Shown here one piece after another: positions 33,841 through 42,382 of a DNA stretch of 64,000 nt (position 1 is the stretch's first letter; the number at the start of each line of letters is the position of its first letter). The stretch is from Alphaproteobacteria bacterium. Lineage in GTDB: Bacteria > Pseudomonadota > Alphaproteobacteria > UBA1280 > UBA6503. Both the position numbers and the translations under genes were made by a program. Under the pieces are notes generated by a model. It ran no database searches. It had not been told where the DNA came from and was given only the letters and a program-made list of their open reading frames with translations. The stretch spans positions 37,318 to 101,317 of the forward strand of contig JAJFIW010000036.1 of the NCBI GenBank assembly GCA_021774615.1, in the 5' to 3' direction.

Positions 33841-34625
33841 TAACTAGCAAGCTTTCTTGTTGGTTTTTTGCGGTCAACACCTTCTATGGCAGATCTCTCT
33901 TCATCTAAGTCTGGAGTTAGTCTTGCGACCCATGGGTACAGTCTAACTTCTTCGCCAGTGTAGCCAAGGTTAAATACAGTTGGGCTTTTACCACCTTGGT
34001 CTTTTGCTGATGGTTTAAATGTACCAAATAGCATGTCTGGCCAAAAGGTAATAATACCAAAGTTAACATTTTCGTTGAAAAAATGGTGCTGTAGGTGCCA
34101 ACGCTTAATTTTTCTGAAAAATGCTGTTTTTGGCTCGTAGTTTAAATGTTGCCCACAATGGCAAAACTCGTAAATACAAGTCATGATGATGCCAGCACTA
34201 ATTGCGGTTGCCATACCGGCCAACCCACCGATAGCATAGCCAATAGGTGATGTTGCAATAAAAATTGTAGGTAGTGTTGTGTACAGCGCGCCAAAAAGTA
34301 CTTTAAGGTCGTAAGGGTCGCGGTGGTGGTCAAAGTGGATACGTTTCCAAGCGGTTGCTGTTATCTTAGAGCGATACAGGAACTGACCATGCAGTATATA
34401 GCGGTGTAGCAAATACCAAACCATCGGGTAGGCGACTGCTACTGCTAGTATTATATAACCAGTAGTGCTTGCTTCAATCCCCCAATGCCATGCCAAATAG
34501 CCGCTAACTGCTGCCAAAACTAGGTAAATATGAATATCTAAGTACATAAAAAATGCTACAAAAAGGTCTTTAAGGTTCATTTCGTCAAGACGATAGTCTT
34601 GTTTCCAAATGTTAAGTGCTTTCAT
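33840..34625 (-). CDS. sterol desaturase / fatty acid hydroxylase family (candidate ceramide hydroxylase)
   Basis: His boxes HRYILH, HFDHH, HCGQH, HLQHH; stop overlaps the bCerS-like start. Confidence 0.88.
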   Translation of the reverse strand: MKALNIWKQDYRLDEMNLKDLFVAFFMYLDIHIYLVLAAVSGYLAWHWGIEASTTGYIILAVAVAYPMVWYLLHRYILHGQFLYRSKITATAWKRIHFDHHRDPYDLKVLFGALYTTLPTIFIATSPIGYAIGGLAGMATAISAGIIMTCIYEFCHCGQHLNYEPKTAFFRKIKRWHLQHHFFNENVNFGIITFWPDMLFGTFKPSAKDQGGKSPTVFNLGYTGEEVRLYPWVARLTPDLDEERSAIEGVDRKKPTRKLAS

Positions 34626-34768
34626 AATAACTACCTATACTGTTTTCTATAGTTAGAAAATACTCCTTACGAGTAAAAAGTCAAATCTGAAAAGTAGATG
34701 TTGGAGTCATTATTTATTAAGTGGTACTATATGGGTAATAATATTTCTAAGAAAGAAAGATCATTACC

Positions 34769-35998
34769 ATGTTCAAGATACCTGCAACTGCTGCCGATTT
34801 TCATGCAGAATTAACAGATCTACAGCAAAAATTCCAAGCGATGGAGCCAGAGCTAGAGCTGACCATCCGTGATCCTGAAATGGGGGTAGAAGGCTATGTT
34901 GTAGTGTGGAATACAGGCATTAGCCTTGGCGGGGCTTTACCAGCTTGTGGTAAAGGCGGAACACGAGTTACTAAGGACTTAAAGCTAGATGATGTTAAAC
35001 GCCTAGCACGAGCTATGGCTGAGAAAAATGCAGCAGCAGGCTTGCCTTTAGGCGGGGCAAAGTCTGGGTTGCGCCTTGATCCGACATCTCCAGATTACGA
35101 AAAAAAATATCGCCGTTTTGTCGAACTCTGTAAGCCAATTTTACATGAGCATGGCGGTATCTTTGGTGGTTTCGGCTATGATGTGGGGTGTATCCCGCCT
35201 AAAAATGCAATTTGGGCATGCGACCAACTAAAAAGTAACCGTAGCTTTACAGGTAAACCTGTAGATATGGGCGGTACAGACTATGACAAAGAGGGGATAG
35301 CAGGTCTTGGGGTTGCTGTTGCTGCTAAAACCCTTATTGAAGAAAATGGCAATACTGCCCAAGGCAGTACGTTCGCAGTACAAGGAGTAGGCGCAATGGG
35401 CGCAGCTATTATCCGTTACTTTGTTGATTATGGCGGAGTTTTAAAATACCTATCCGATCCTAAATACGGCGGAACATGGGGCATAAATAACACTCCATCA
35501 GCTGATCTTATCGACGCACTAGCCCATCAGAAAAAAGATATAGCTATCGACTTACTAGCAAAAGAGGCTACAAAAATATCAGACGACTGCACCGAAGCTC
35601 TCTATGCAGATGTTGATGTGCTATTCCCTAGTGCTATGGAAGATGTTTTGCATAAAGGTAATGCAGCTAAAGTTAAAGCTAAATTTATGGTAGAGGGGGC
35701 TAATAACCCAACCACAGCCGAAGCACACCAAATCTTGTTTGATAAAGGCATTAAAGCCGTGCCAGACATTATTTCTAACCCTGGTGGGATTATTGCAGCA
35801 TTTGTTGAGCTTACCTCAAAAGCAACCTCAGAAGAAAATGTAAAAACACACATTAACGTGACAAACGCTAAAGAAATGACCATTACCAAGGTATCAGAAA
35901 ATACTAAAAAATTAGTTAATATAGTGAACACTCTAAAAGTGCGCCCAGACCTAGCAGGCGACTATATGGCATACCGTAATATTTTTTATGGGCTGTAA
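34769..35998 (+). CDS. Glu/Leu/Phe/Val dehydrogenase family protein
   Basis: GKGG.R, M..K.A..GLP.GGAK, TGKP...GG, QG.G..G, EGANNP, PDI..N.GG. Confidence 0.9.
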   Translation: MFKIPATAADFHAELTDLQQKFQAMEPELELTIRDPEMGVEGYVVVWNTGISLGGALPACGKGGTRVTKDLKLDDVKRLARAMAEKNAAAGLPLGGAKSGLRLDPTSPDYEKKYRRFVELCKPILHEHGGIFGGFGYDVGCIPPKNAIWACDQLKSNRSFTGKPVDMGGTDYDKEGIAGLGVAVAAKTLIEENGNTAQGSTFAVQGVGAMGAAIIRYFVDYGGVLKYLSDPKYGGTWGINNTPSADLIDALAHQKKDIAIDLLAKEATKISDDCTEALYADVDVLFPSAMEDVLHKGNAAKVKAKFMVEGANNPTTAEAHQILFDKGIKAVPDIISNPGGIIAAFVELTSKATSEENVKTHINVTNAKEMTITKVSENTKKLVNIVNTLKVRPDLAGDYMAYRNIFYGL

Positions 35999-36001
35999 GC
36001 T

Positions 36002-36038
36002 AAAAAGCCCTATGTGTTTAAGTACATAGGGCTTCTTT
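36002..36038. terminator. bidirectional terminator
   Basis: aagccctatgtg-tttaag-tacatagggctt between convergent genes. Confidence 0.8.
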
Positions 36039-36051
36039 TAGGTTGCATTAT

Positions 36052-37434
36052 TTAAGCAAGTGCTTGCTCTTTTTCTTTACTTTTTTGTGGTTTGTTATTC
36101 TCGCGATAATTACTTACTTGCGCTTCTATTTCTTGCGCGTCATCAACAACAACCATTGCTGCATGTACGACACTTCCATCCTTAAGCTTACTTGAGTGAG
36201 TTACAGTTTTTAGCCCTGTCTCATTTTGTATTTTTTCGGCTATGGCTTCTGCACCTTCTCTAGTTTCGGATGTAACATATACACTGGGGTGTTCTTCCCC
36301 TTGGATCCCATGACTAGTATAAGCTGAATGGCCTCTCGGTAATTTATTGTCTTGAATTACGCTTGAAACTTTATTTGCTGCACGAAGTTGTGCTCTGTAC
36401 TGTTCGTCATTAACCTGTTCATTTTTAACTAATGTTGGGTTTTCCTCATTTAAAACCTGAGGGTCATAATTATCAGGATATACTTTTGGGGTATTAACAG
36501 ATTTTGTTAGCGTCTCTTCTCGACGCACTAGATCTTCATCTGTTTTAGCTGATAGCTTATGCATAAGCTTGTCATTCTTATCTTTTGCTTCAAGGTAGTT
36601 ACCTATTTGTACAGTTACTTCTCGTGGGTCTTCTACAATTAGCATCGCCATGTGCTGAGTTGTACCGTCTTCAAGTTTTTTGGATGCTGTGACAAAATTT
36701 AAGCCAGTTTGTTCTTTTAGGTCATTTGCTACTGCTTGAGCAGCTTCTTGAGTATCCCCACAGTTAATACGTACATTAGGGTGTTTTGCACCACCATTAC
36801 CACCGTCAATGCTGCAAGATAGGTGGCTTGGTAGCAAACCACCACTCTTATTTCTTAGTAAGTTGCCAACATCCTGTGCTGCTGTCATTTTTTCTTTATA
36901 TCTTGTAAGAGATACCTCTTTACAAGGGTTTGGCGAGTCTTCAACAGCATAGTCTTTGCCAGTTTTTCTTTCTTCGTTATAACTAGCATATTTACTGCCC
37001 TCAACCATTTTATGACCTTTTGGGGGCTTAGATATAGGTATGCCTAATTCTTTAAATTGTTGCTCAATCTCGTACAGCTCTTTCTCCCAATATGCAGTAT
37101 CTTTTCCGTCTGCATGTACTAAAAGACCTTCTTCAGAGTTTGGGTTTATCCGTAAATCATTTTCGCCTCTAATCGGAACATCAACTACTGGGGAATCATC
37201 TTTTTCTGTGACTATACGTCCTAGAACAATGCCATAGCCTTTAGCTTCATCACCTTTACCTATTTTAAAACCAAAGTGGTAGCCTTTAAATACTCTTTTC
37301 TCACCTGGCTTGGCAGTCCTAAATTTTTCACTATCATATACAAACCCGCTACCTGTATAGTCACAATCAGGTAATTGACCACTTGCTTCCAATTGGTTGG
37401 TTATATCTTCTCTTGTATATTTAGATTCTACCAT
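36052..37434 (-). CDS. hypothetical hydrophilic protein with an internal ~100-aa domain duplication
   Basis: HPNVRI...TQEAAQAVA..LKEQTGL..VT.SKKLEDG...H.AM.IVED..E...QIGNY repeated as HPSVYV...TREGAEAIA..IQNETGL..VT.SSKLKDG...H.AM.VVDD..E...QVSNY. Confidence 0.8.
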   Translation of the reverse strand: MVESKYTREDITNQLEASGQLPDCDYTGSGFVYDSEKFRTAKPGEKRVFKGYHFGFKIGKGDEAKGYGIVLGRIVTEKDDSPVVDVPIRGENDLRINPNSEEGLLVHADGKDTAYWEKELYEIEQQFKELGIPISKPPKGHKMVEGSKYASYNEERKTGKDYAVEDSPNPCKEVSLTRYKEKMTAAQDVGNLLRNKSGGLLPSHLSCSIDGGNGGAKHPNVRINCGDTQEAAQAVANDLKEQTGLNFVTASKKLEDGTTQHMAMLIVEDPREVTVQIGNYLEAKDKNDKLMHKLSAKTDEDLVRREETLTKSVNTPKVYPDNYDPQVLNEENPTLVKNEQVNDEQYRAQLRAANKVSSVIQDNKLPRGHSAYTSHGIQGEEHPSVYVTSETREGAEAIAEKIQNETGLKTVTHSSKLKDGSVVHAAMVVVDDAQEIEAQVSNYRENNKPQKSKEKEQALA

Positions 37435-37658
37435 TGTAAAAGCCCTATGTTTTGTTTCCCATATACAAGTGATGTGTTCTTTTTTTATAAAAACAAGCCC
37501 CTTAGAGACAACAAAATGAGGATAGGGGTAGGGGATTTATTTTATAATTACATTCTGAATACTTGAAAAACTAAGAATAATCCCAACAATAAGCAGTACA
37601 TACAGAAACATCTTTATTTATTTTTATATTTTTGGGCATTGCCCGAGGAAAATTAATC

Positions 37659-37904
37659 ATGAACAAAAGAAATAAAAGAAATAACCAGAAGCCTAAATTG
37701 TCATTTCAGGTAAAAACAACTAATGGAACCGTAAGTTTTTATGGCCCATACTTGTTATGCTTTATATTGGCTTTTATGCTTTTCTTTGCACTTAACGGTG
37801 CAGGTTGGTTTTTATCCCTGTTTTTAGGGGGATTTTCTGGTTTATTGACTGGGGTCACAGCAATGGCAGCATATGCTGTCTATTTAACTGAACCTAAACA
37901 TTAA
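37659..37904 (+). CDS. small 2-TM membrane protein, cassette 1 (81 aa)
   Basis: ATG after GAGGA RBS; basic N-terminus; F.GPY.L.F...FA.NGA...SL..G.F.G.L.G.T.MA.YA shared with cassette 2. Confidence 0.8.
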   Translation: MNKRNKRNNQKPKLSFQVKTTNGTVSFYGPYLLCFILAFMLFFALNGAGWFLSLFLGGFSGLLTGVTAMAAYAVYLTEPKH

Positions 37905-37924
37905 CGAAAAAACGTTTAATCGTT

Positions 37925-37951
37925 CCCCGTCTCTGGCGGGGTTATTTTTTT
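37925..37951 (+). terminator. intrinsic terminator of cassette 1
   Basis: ccccgtc-tct-ggcgggg + ttattttttt. Confidence 0.85.
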
Positions 37952-38009
37952 GTGGTGACTAATGAGAAGAACCATAGAAACCCCCATAAAAAATAATAAG
38001 TACAGACAC

Positions 38010-38038
38010 TTTAAAATATCTATAACCATCCCTATAAT
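38010..38038 (+). promoter_or_regulatory. sigma70-like promoter of cassette 2
   Basis: TTTAAA-N17-TATAAT. Confidence 0.65.
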
Positions 38039-38104
38039 GAAGTGTGAACATAGAAACATCTATTATTTTTTTAAATTTTGGGTATTGCCCGAGGAAAATT
38101 AATT

Positions 38105-38302
38105 ATGCAGAAAAAAGGAATCATTATGTTTAATGGCCCATATGTGTTGTTTTTTATGGCGCTTTTTGTGGTCACCTTTGCAACCAATGGAGCTAGTATG
38201 GTTGACTCTCTAACTTTCGGGAGTTTTTTTGGTTCCCTTTTTGGGGCTACAGTTATGGCAGGCTATGCTAAGCTTAGTTATAGCTATTACCCTGATTATT
38301 AA
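38105..38302 (+). CDS. small 2-TM membrane protein, cassette 2 (65 aa)
   Basis: ATG after GAGGA RBS; clear paralogue of the cassette 1 ORF. Confidence 0.8.
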   Translation: MQKKGIIMFNGPYVLFFMALFVVTFATNGASMVDSLTFGSFFGSLFGATVMAGYAKLSYSYYPDY

Positions 38303-38383
38303 TTCCACACACAAGTAGAATGGTGGATTTGCCAGCATTTGCTCAAGTAATATGCTTTTTTAACGAAAAAACGTTTAATCGTT

Positions 38384-38410
38384 CCCCGTCTTTGGCGGGG
38401 TTATTTTTTT
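38384..38410 (+). terminator. intrinsic terminator of cassette 2
   Basis: ccccgtc-ttt-ggcgggg + ttattttttt. Confidence 0.85.
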
Positions 38411-38455
38411 GTAGTAACTAATGAGGAAACACCTATCAAAAATAGGTATAGATAC

Positions 38456-38484
38456 TTTAAAGCACCCATAACCATCCCTATAAT
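38456..38484 (+). promoter_or_regulatory. sigma70-like promoter of cassette 3
   Basis: TTTAAA-N17-TATAAT. Confidence 0.65.
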
Positions 38485-38551
38485 AAGTAGTACATACAGA
38501 AACATCTTTATTTATTCTTAAATTTTTGGGCATTGCCCTAGGAAAATTATC

Positions 38552-38812
38552 ATGAAACAAAGACACAAAAGGAACAAAAAAACAGTATCTGCAAAAAGCG
38601 TTACTTGTACTTTGCAGTTTCAATGGTGGAACCTTTTAGGTTTTGCTGGTTTGGCTTATTTGTTTACAGATAAGGCCATAGCATCTGGAGCAGAATTTGC
38701 TCCTGCCATTATAAATGGTCTGCTCAACGCATCTGCATTAACAATTATCGGAGTCGGATTGATCCTAATAGTATGCGGGTTATTTGGTAGAACTGTTGTT
38801 TTACTGAAATAA
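38552..38812 (+). CDS. small membrane protein, cassette 3 (86 aa)
   Basis: ATG after AGGA RBS; N-terminus MKQRHKRNKK resembles cassette 1 MNKRNKRNNQK, hydrophobic body diverged. Confidence 0.78.
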   Translation: MKQRHKRNKKTVSAKSVTCTLQFQWWNLLGFAGLAYLFTDKAIASGAEFAPAIINGLLNASALTIIGVGLILIVCGLFGRTVVLLK

Positions 38813-38849
38813 GGCTCTTAACGAGAAGCGATTTTTTATTTATCGTTTC

Positions 38850-38877
38850 ACCCGTCACTTGTGGCGGGTTTTTTTTT
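38850..38877 (+). terminator. intrinsic terminator of cassette 3
   Basis: acccgtcac-tt-gtggcgggt + T-tract. Confidence 0.85.
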
Positions 38878-38883
38878 ATGGTG

Positions 38884-39975
38884 CTACTTAGAAAAGCGTG
38901 ACTCTTTCCATAATGTATAGGTAATAAGGGCTATACCAAATATTATCGATGGCAGCCATACGGCCAAAGTAGGGGGGAACTCGCCACCTTCACCAAAGGA
39001 TAAGGCAATTCGCTCGCCTACAAAAAATAAAAACCCGATTATAATAATACCTGCACTAAGCACTGTTTTATTTGTGTGCCGAGGGCTCATAAATAAAAGT
39101 GGGACTGCGATTAAGATCATAATTAAAGTGCTGAATGGCTGGGAGAACCTACGTTGCAGCCATGTATCATAGTAATAGTTGCGGCTATCAGTTAGGTGGT
39201 TGGCTGTTGTTAGTGCTAATAGCTCGGGAAGGGTCATTTCATCAATTTTTTTATTGAAAACAGCTAAATCTTCTGGGGTAGAATTTAAATTTATAGGGTG
39301 TTCTTTAAAGCTAGAGATTTTGCCCGAATCTAAGTTTTTCTCGGTTACGTCGTGTAATATCCATTTAGAATTTGCATCGTAAGTAGCTTTACTTGCAGTG
39401 GTGTATGTTTCTAGCCTACCTAGTTTATCACGCTCAACTAATTTAATATTGAGGAGAGTACTTCCAGTATCATTTGCATCTTCAGCAAATAGGATAAGCT
39501 CATCAATTGTAAACCAAGCAGGGTAGCGGCTGATATTTGTCTGAGCTGTTACTTCTCTATAGTCGTTATTAGCCCAGATGCGCAGTTTCTCTGATGTATC
39601 GAGTACTACCGTGTTAAGAAATATAAAATGTAACGTTGCTAAAAATATACCGCCACCAATAAATACGCCTACAATACGTAGCAAACGTATGCCCGAACTC
39701 ATTATGGCGGTTATTTCTAGGTGGCTGTGGAACCGACTATATACAGACATTGCAGCTAACATCCCAGCCATAGGAATAACCAACGAGATTATCTGTGGTA
39801 AACGTAGTATGGCATATAGCCCTGTGGCCTCAAAAATTGGCATGCCTCCACCGAGGATACTATCGCTCTGGGCTAGAATATCAAACACTAAAAAAAGCAA
39901 AGCTAATACCAATGAAAATGCCAAAGAGGCATTAATAAAATGCTTAAGTAGATAGTATCGTAAAATTGAAGACAC
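38884..39975 (-). CDS. lptG: LptG-family permease (candidate sphingolipid exporter)
   Basis: LR.P......P...L...........EITA..SSG, periplasmic beta-jellyroll, G.FPP.LA.W.P; no lptB/lptC nearby. Confidence 0.82.
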   Translation of the reverse strand: MSSILRYYLLKHFINASLAFSLVLALLFLVFDILAQSDSILGGGMPIFEATGLYAILRLPQIISLVIPMAGMLAAMSVYSRFHSHLEITAIMSSGIRLLRIVGVFIGGGIFLATLHFIFLNTVVLDTSEKLRIWANNDYREVTAQTNISRYPAWFTIDELILFAEDANDTGSTLLNIKLVERDKLGRLETYTTASKATYDANSKWILHDVTEKNLDSGKISSFKEHPINLNSTPEDLAVFNKKIDEMTLPELLALTTANHLTDSRNYYYDTWLQRRFSQPFSTLIMILIAVPLLFMSPRHTNKTVLSAGIIIIGFLFFVGERIALSFGEGGEFPPTLAVWLPSIIFGIALITYTLWKESRFSK

Positions 39976-39995
39976 AGCTTAAACTTCTTTTCTAG

Positions 39996-41153
39996 TTAGT
40001 GTTTACGTTTACGTGGGCGTTTAAAGAAAGACATAACATATCTATAAGGTGGTGCATCCATCCAGACCGCAATTAGTGTTGCGGTGATAATAGCCAGAAT
40101 AGACAAAGGTGTCCACAACCCTGTCCATGTAGACAAACTACCGAGTGCGGCAAAGGCTTCGCCGAAACCGAGTATTTTCTCGTACAGAATAAGAATAACT
40201 ACCCCCAAACCAATCCCATAAGCACGCCCCGTACGCCCAGAACCAACTAAGGCTAAGGGTATCGCTAGTAATGCTAGTATTGGGACTGATAATACTAAAA
40301 CAATACGGCTATGTAACTCGGCTTTCATTTCAAGGAATGGTGCTTTGGTTAAAACACCTTGTACTCCTTCTGAGAACAATTCTACCAAAGTCATCTCGCG
40401 GCTTTCTTGCCCACGGTTGCCATATTCTTCGATGTTGTCTAGTGGGGGGCTCCAGTAAAATTGGCTAAAGCTAATGGTAGCGGCTGTATTATTAGTGCTA
40501 CTTTCCCGAACCATTTTACCATTTTTTAATAACAGGGTAAAATCGCTCTCGGGGTTGGCAGATTCGGTAACTCGCACTGCTTCTTGTGCGGTTATAATAG
40601 TACGGTTGCCGTTATCGTTGGTTGAGGCAAAGAAACCAGTAAAGAACTTACCACCTTGGCTAACTGTTTCTGCCCGTAGGGTAATGTCACTCCCGAGGCT
40701 TTCAAAAATACCAGGGCGAAGGTTGGTTAGCATTTGCGATTTTGTAAGCTCCCAAACAGACAAATGATAAGCATAACGGGCGTAAGGTTGCACAAAACCA
40801 ATTAAAATAAGCATTAAAATAGTAACTACTGTAGCTAACGCCATAACTGGACGGATGATTTGCTCTAGCGATAGTCCAGTTGAGAAAATAGCAGTTAATT
40901 CAGAGTCTTGTTGTAACTTCCTGATGCTAATCATCAGTGCAATAAATAATGCTGCTGGCAACGCTGTACCAAGGTAATGGGGGATAAGATACCACAACAG
41001 TTTAAAGGCACTTATAATAGGTGTGCCTTCTTCTGTAACCAATTGCACCAAGCGCATTAGCCGCTCTAAAACAAGTGTTATTAAAATAATAAATAACGCC
41101 ATAATAAACGGCGGGGTTACTCGGCGCAGCAGATATACTGTTAATTGCGACAT
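39996..41153 (-). CDS. lptF: LptF-family permease (candidate sphingolipid exporter)
   Basis: P..L..ALP.A.F......R.L..DSEL.A....G.S, QPYARY, AELH.R; paired with LptG. Confidence 0.85.
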   Translation of the reverse strand: MSQLTVYLLRRVTPPFIMALFIILITLVLERLMRLVQLVTEEGTPIISAFKLLWYLIPHYLGTALPAALFIALMISIRKLQQDSELTAIFSTGLSLEQIIRPVMALATVVTILMLILIGFVQPYARYAYHLSVWELTKSQMLTNLRPGIFESLGSDITLRAETVSQGGKFFTGFFASTNDNGNRTIITAQEAVRVTESANPESDFTLLLKNGKMVRESSTNNTAATISFSQFYWSPPLDNIEEYGNRGQESREMTLVELFSEGVQGVLTKAPFLEMKAELHSRIVLVLSVPILALLAIPLALVGSGRTGRAYGIGLGVVILILYEKILGFGEAFAALGSLSTWTGLWTPLSILAIITATLIAVWMDAPPYRYVMSFFKRPRKRKH

Positions 41154-41168
41154 GTAGTTTCCTTGTGA

Positions 41169-41600
41169 TTATTTATCTATAAAGCTCTTAAGTAGAGCTG
41201 TAACTTCTAATAATGCTTTGTCATCTAGTGTAACACCTTCGGCCATGTCTGGTGTTTTGGGCCATCCGTGGTCTATTGCTGCTACAGTTCCTAATTGTCG
41301 TACACCTTCATACCTAGGGAGTACATGAAAATGTACATGTGGGTCAACCATCATTAGCATTAAATAGTTTATTTTTTCAAAGTCTACAGCATCTTTTAAT
41401 GCTTTTTCTAGGTCAGCAGTTACTACGCTTAGCTCGCACATTGCTTCTGCTGAGATGTTGGCAAAGGATGTTGCTTCTTCTTTACAAATTAGCACCAATG
41501 CACCAGCAGTTGCTTGCTTGCGGCGGGTTTGGATTGTCCAATGGTCGTATTCTTTAATAAGACTATTTGGGTAATCAAATGTTGTCATGGTTTTGTTCAT
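41169..41600 (-). CDS. HIT family hydrolase
   Basis: KINYL.LMM.DPHVHFHV.PRY histidine triad. Confidence 0.92.
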   Translation of the reverse strand: MNKTMTTFDYPNSLIKEYDHWTIQTRRKQATAGALVLICKEEATSFANISAEAMCELSVVTADLEKALKDAVDFEKINYLMLMMVDPHVHFHVLPRYEGVRQLGTVAAIDHGWPKTPDMAEGVTLDDKALLEVTALLKSFIDK

Positions 41601-41689
41601 TATGGAGCCAACTATTTTTTTTAATATCGCGTTATATTGCTGTTTATGCTATAAGTATGAGTTGCTTCAATCAATGGGAAAATAACAAA

Positions 41690-42331
41690 ATGTACTTACA
41701 AAAGCATATTTTCGCAATATTAGTCTTTGCTCTGTTGTTTTTGGGTTCTACTCCAGTAAATTCTGCAGACAATAACGAGGTTAAGTATTTTTATGATATT
41801 TTAAAAGATGGCCATAAAATAGGCGTGTACAACTTTATTGTAACCGAAAATGGTACAGAAAAAACAATCCACGCTGGGATGAAAATAAAAGTTAAAGTAT
41901 TTTTTGTTACCGCATATAAAGCTAGCCATTCTCGTACAGAAATTTATAAAAATGACAAACTAATATCTATTGATGGTTCTTCTATATATAACGGTAAAGA
42001 CTATAAAATTAGCTATGCGCCAGACAGAACGTTAGTAACCAATGGCAATAAAATGCTATTGGAGAAACGAGGTGTTACGGTTAGCCCTTTTATACAAAAC
42101 GATGATGATGAAGCCTTTATTATTACTGAAAAAGGTAAAGCAAAACTTGCAACTTTTAAAAAAGTTGGCGAAGAAATAATTAAAGTGTCGGGTAAAAAGA
42201 CTACTGCTTTACACTATAAGGTTACTGGCTCTGTAGAAAGGGATTTATGGTACGATAAAAATGGAATACTTCTTACTCTATCATACCTTAAAGATGGGTC
42301 TGTTATTAGTTTTAGGCGCCATTCTTTGTAA
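41690..42331 (+). CDS. exported beta-strand-rich protein (DUF6134/DUF3108-like)
   Basis: Signal peptide from ATG 41690; G..IG, G.E.I.V.G....A.HY, RDLWYD..G.L pattern. Confidence 0.65.
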   Translation: MYLQKHIFAILVFALLFLGSTPVNSADNNEVKYFYDILKDGHKIGVYNFIVTENGTEKTIHAGMKIKVKVFFVTAYKASHSRTEIYKNDKLISIDGSSIYNGKDYKISYAPDRTLVTNGNKMLLEKRGVTVSPFIQNDDDEAFIITEKGKAKLATFKKVGEEIIKVSGKKTTALHYKVTGSVERDLWYDKNGILLTLSYLKDGSVISFRRHSL

Positions 42332-42382
42332 CTAAATCTAAAAATATACTAATAATTTAGTTATTACATAGGAAAAAAAATA

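Larger units (their letters stand above)
37559..38877 (+). repeat. tandem array of three promoter-leader-ORF-terminator cassettes with conserved ~200-bp intergenic repeats
   Basis: Full repeats at 37901-38107 and 38360-38554, 5' half at 37559-37661, 3' half at 38818-38877; shared blocks ttaacga..tcgtt, cccgtc..ggcggg-Tn, agaaacatct, ttgggYattgcccKaggaaaatt. Confidence 0.92.

Noticed and set aside
37632-38104. MGIARGKLI N-termini given by the ORF track for two cassette ORFs
   Set aside because: These TTG starts are translations of the conserved leader hairpin and RBS; the ATGs at 37659 and 38105 follow the SD properly
37901-38877. Integron attC sites: TAAC overlapping a stop codon and a downstream GTT flank the 3' repeats
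   Set aside because: The TAAC-GTTA span is only about 43 bp, the RYYYAAC/GTTRRRY consensus is not met, the fold is two local hairpins, cassettes carry their own promoters and no IntI gene is in the window
37559-38877. CRISPR array
   Set aside because: Repeats are about 200 bp and degenerate, the spacers are whole ORFs, and no cas genes are present
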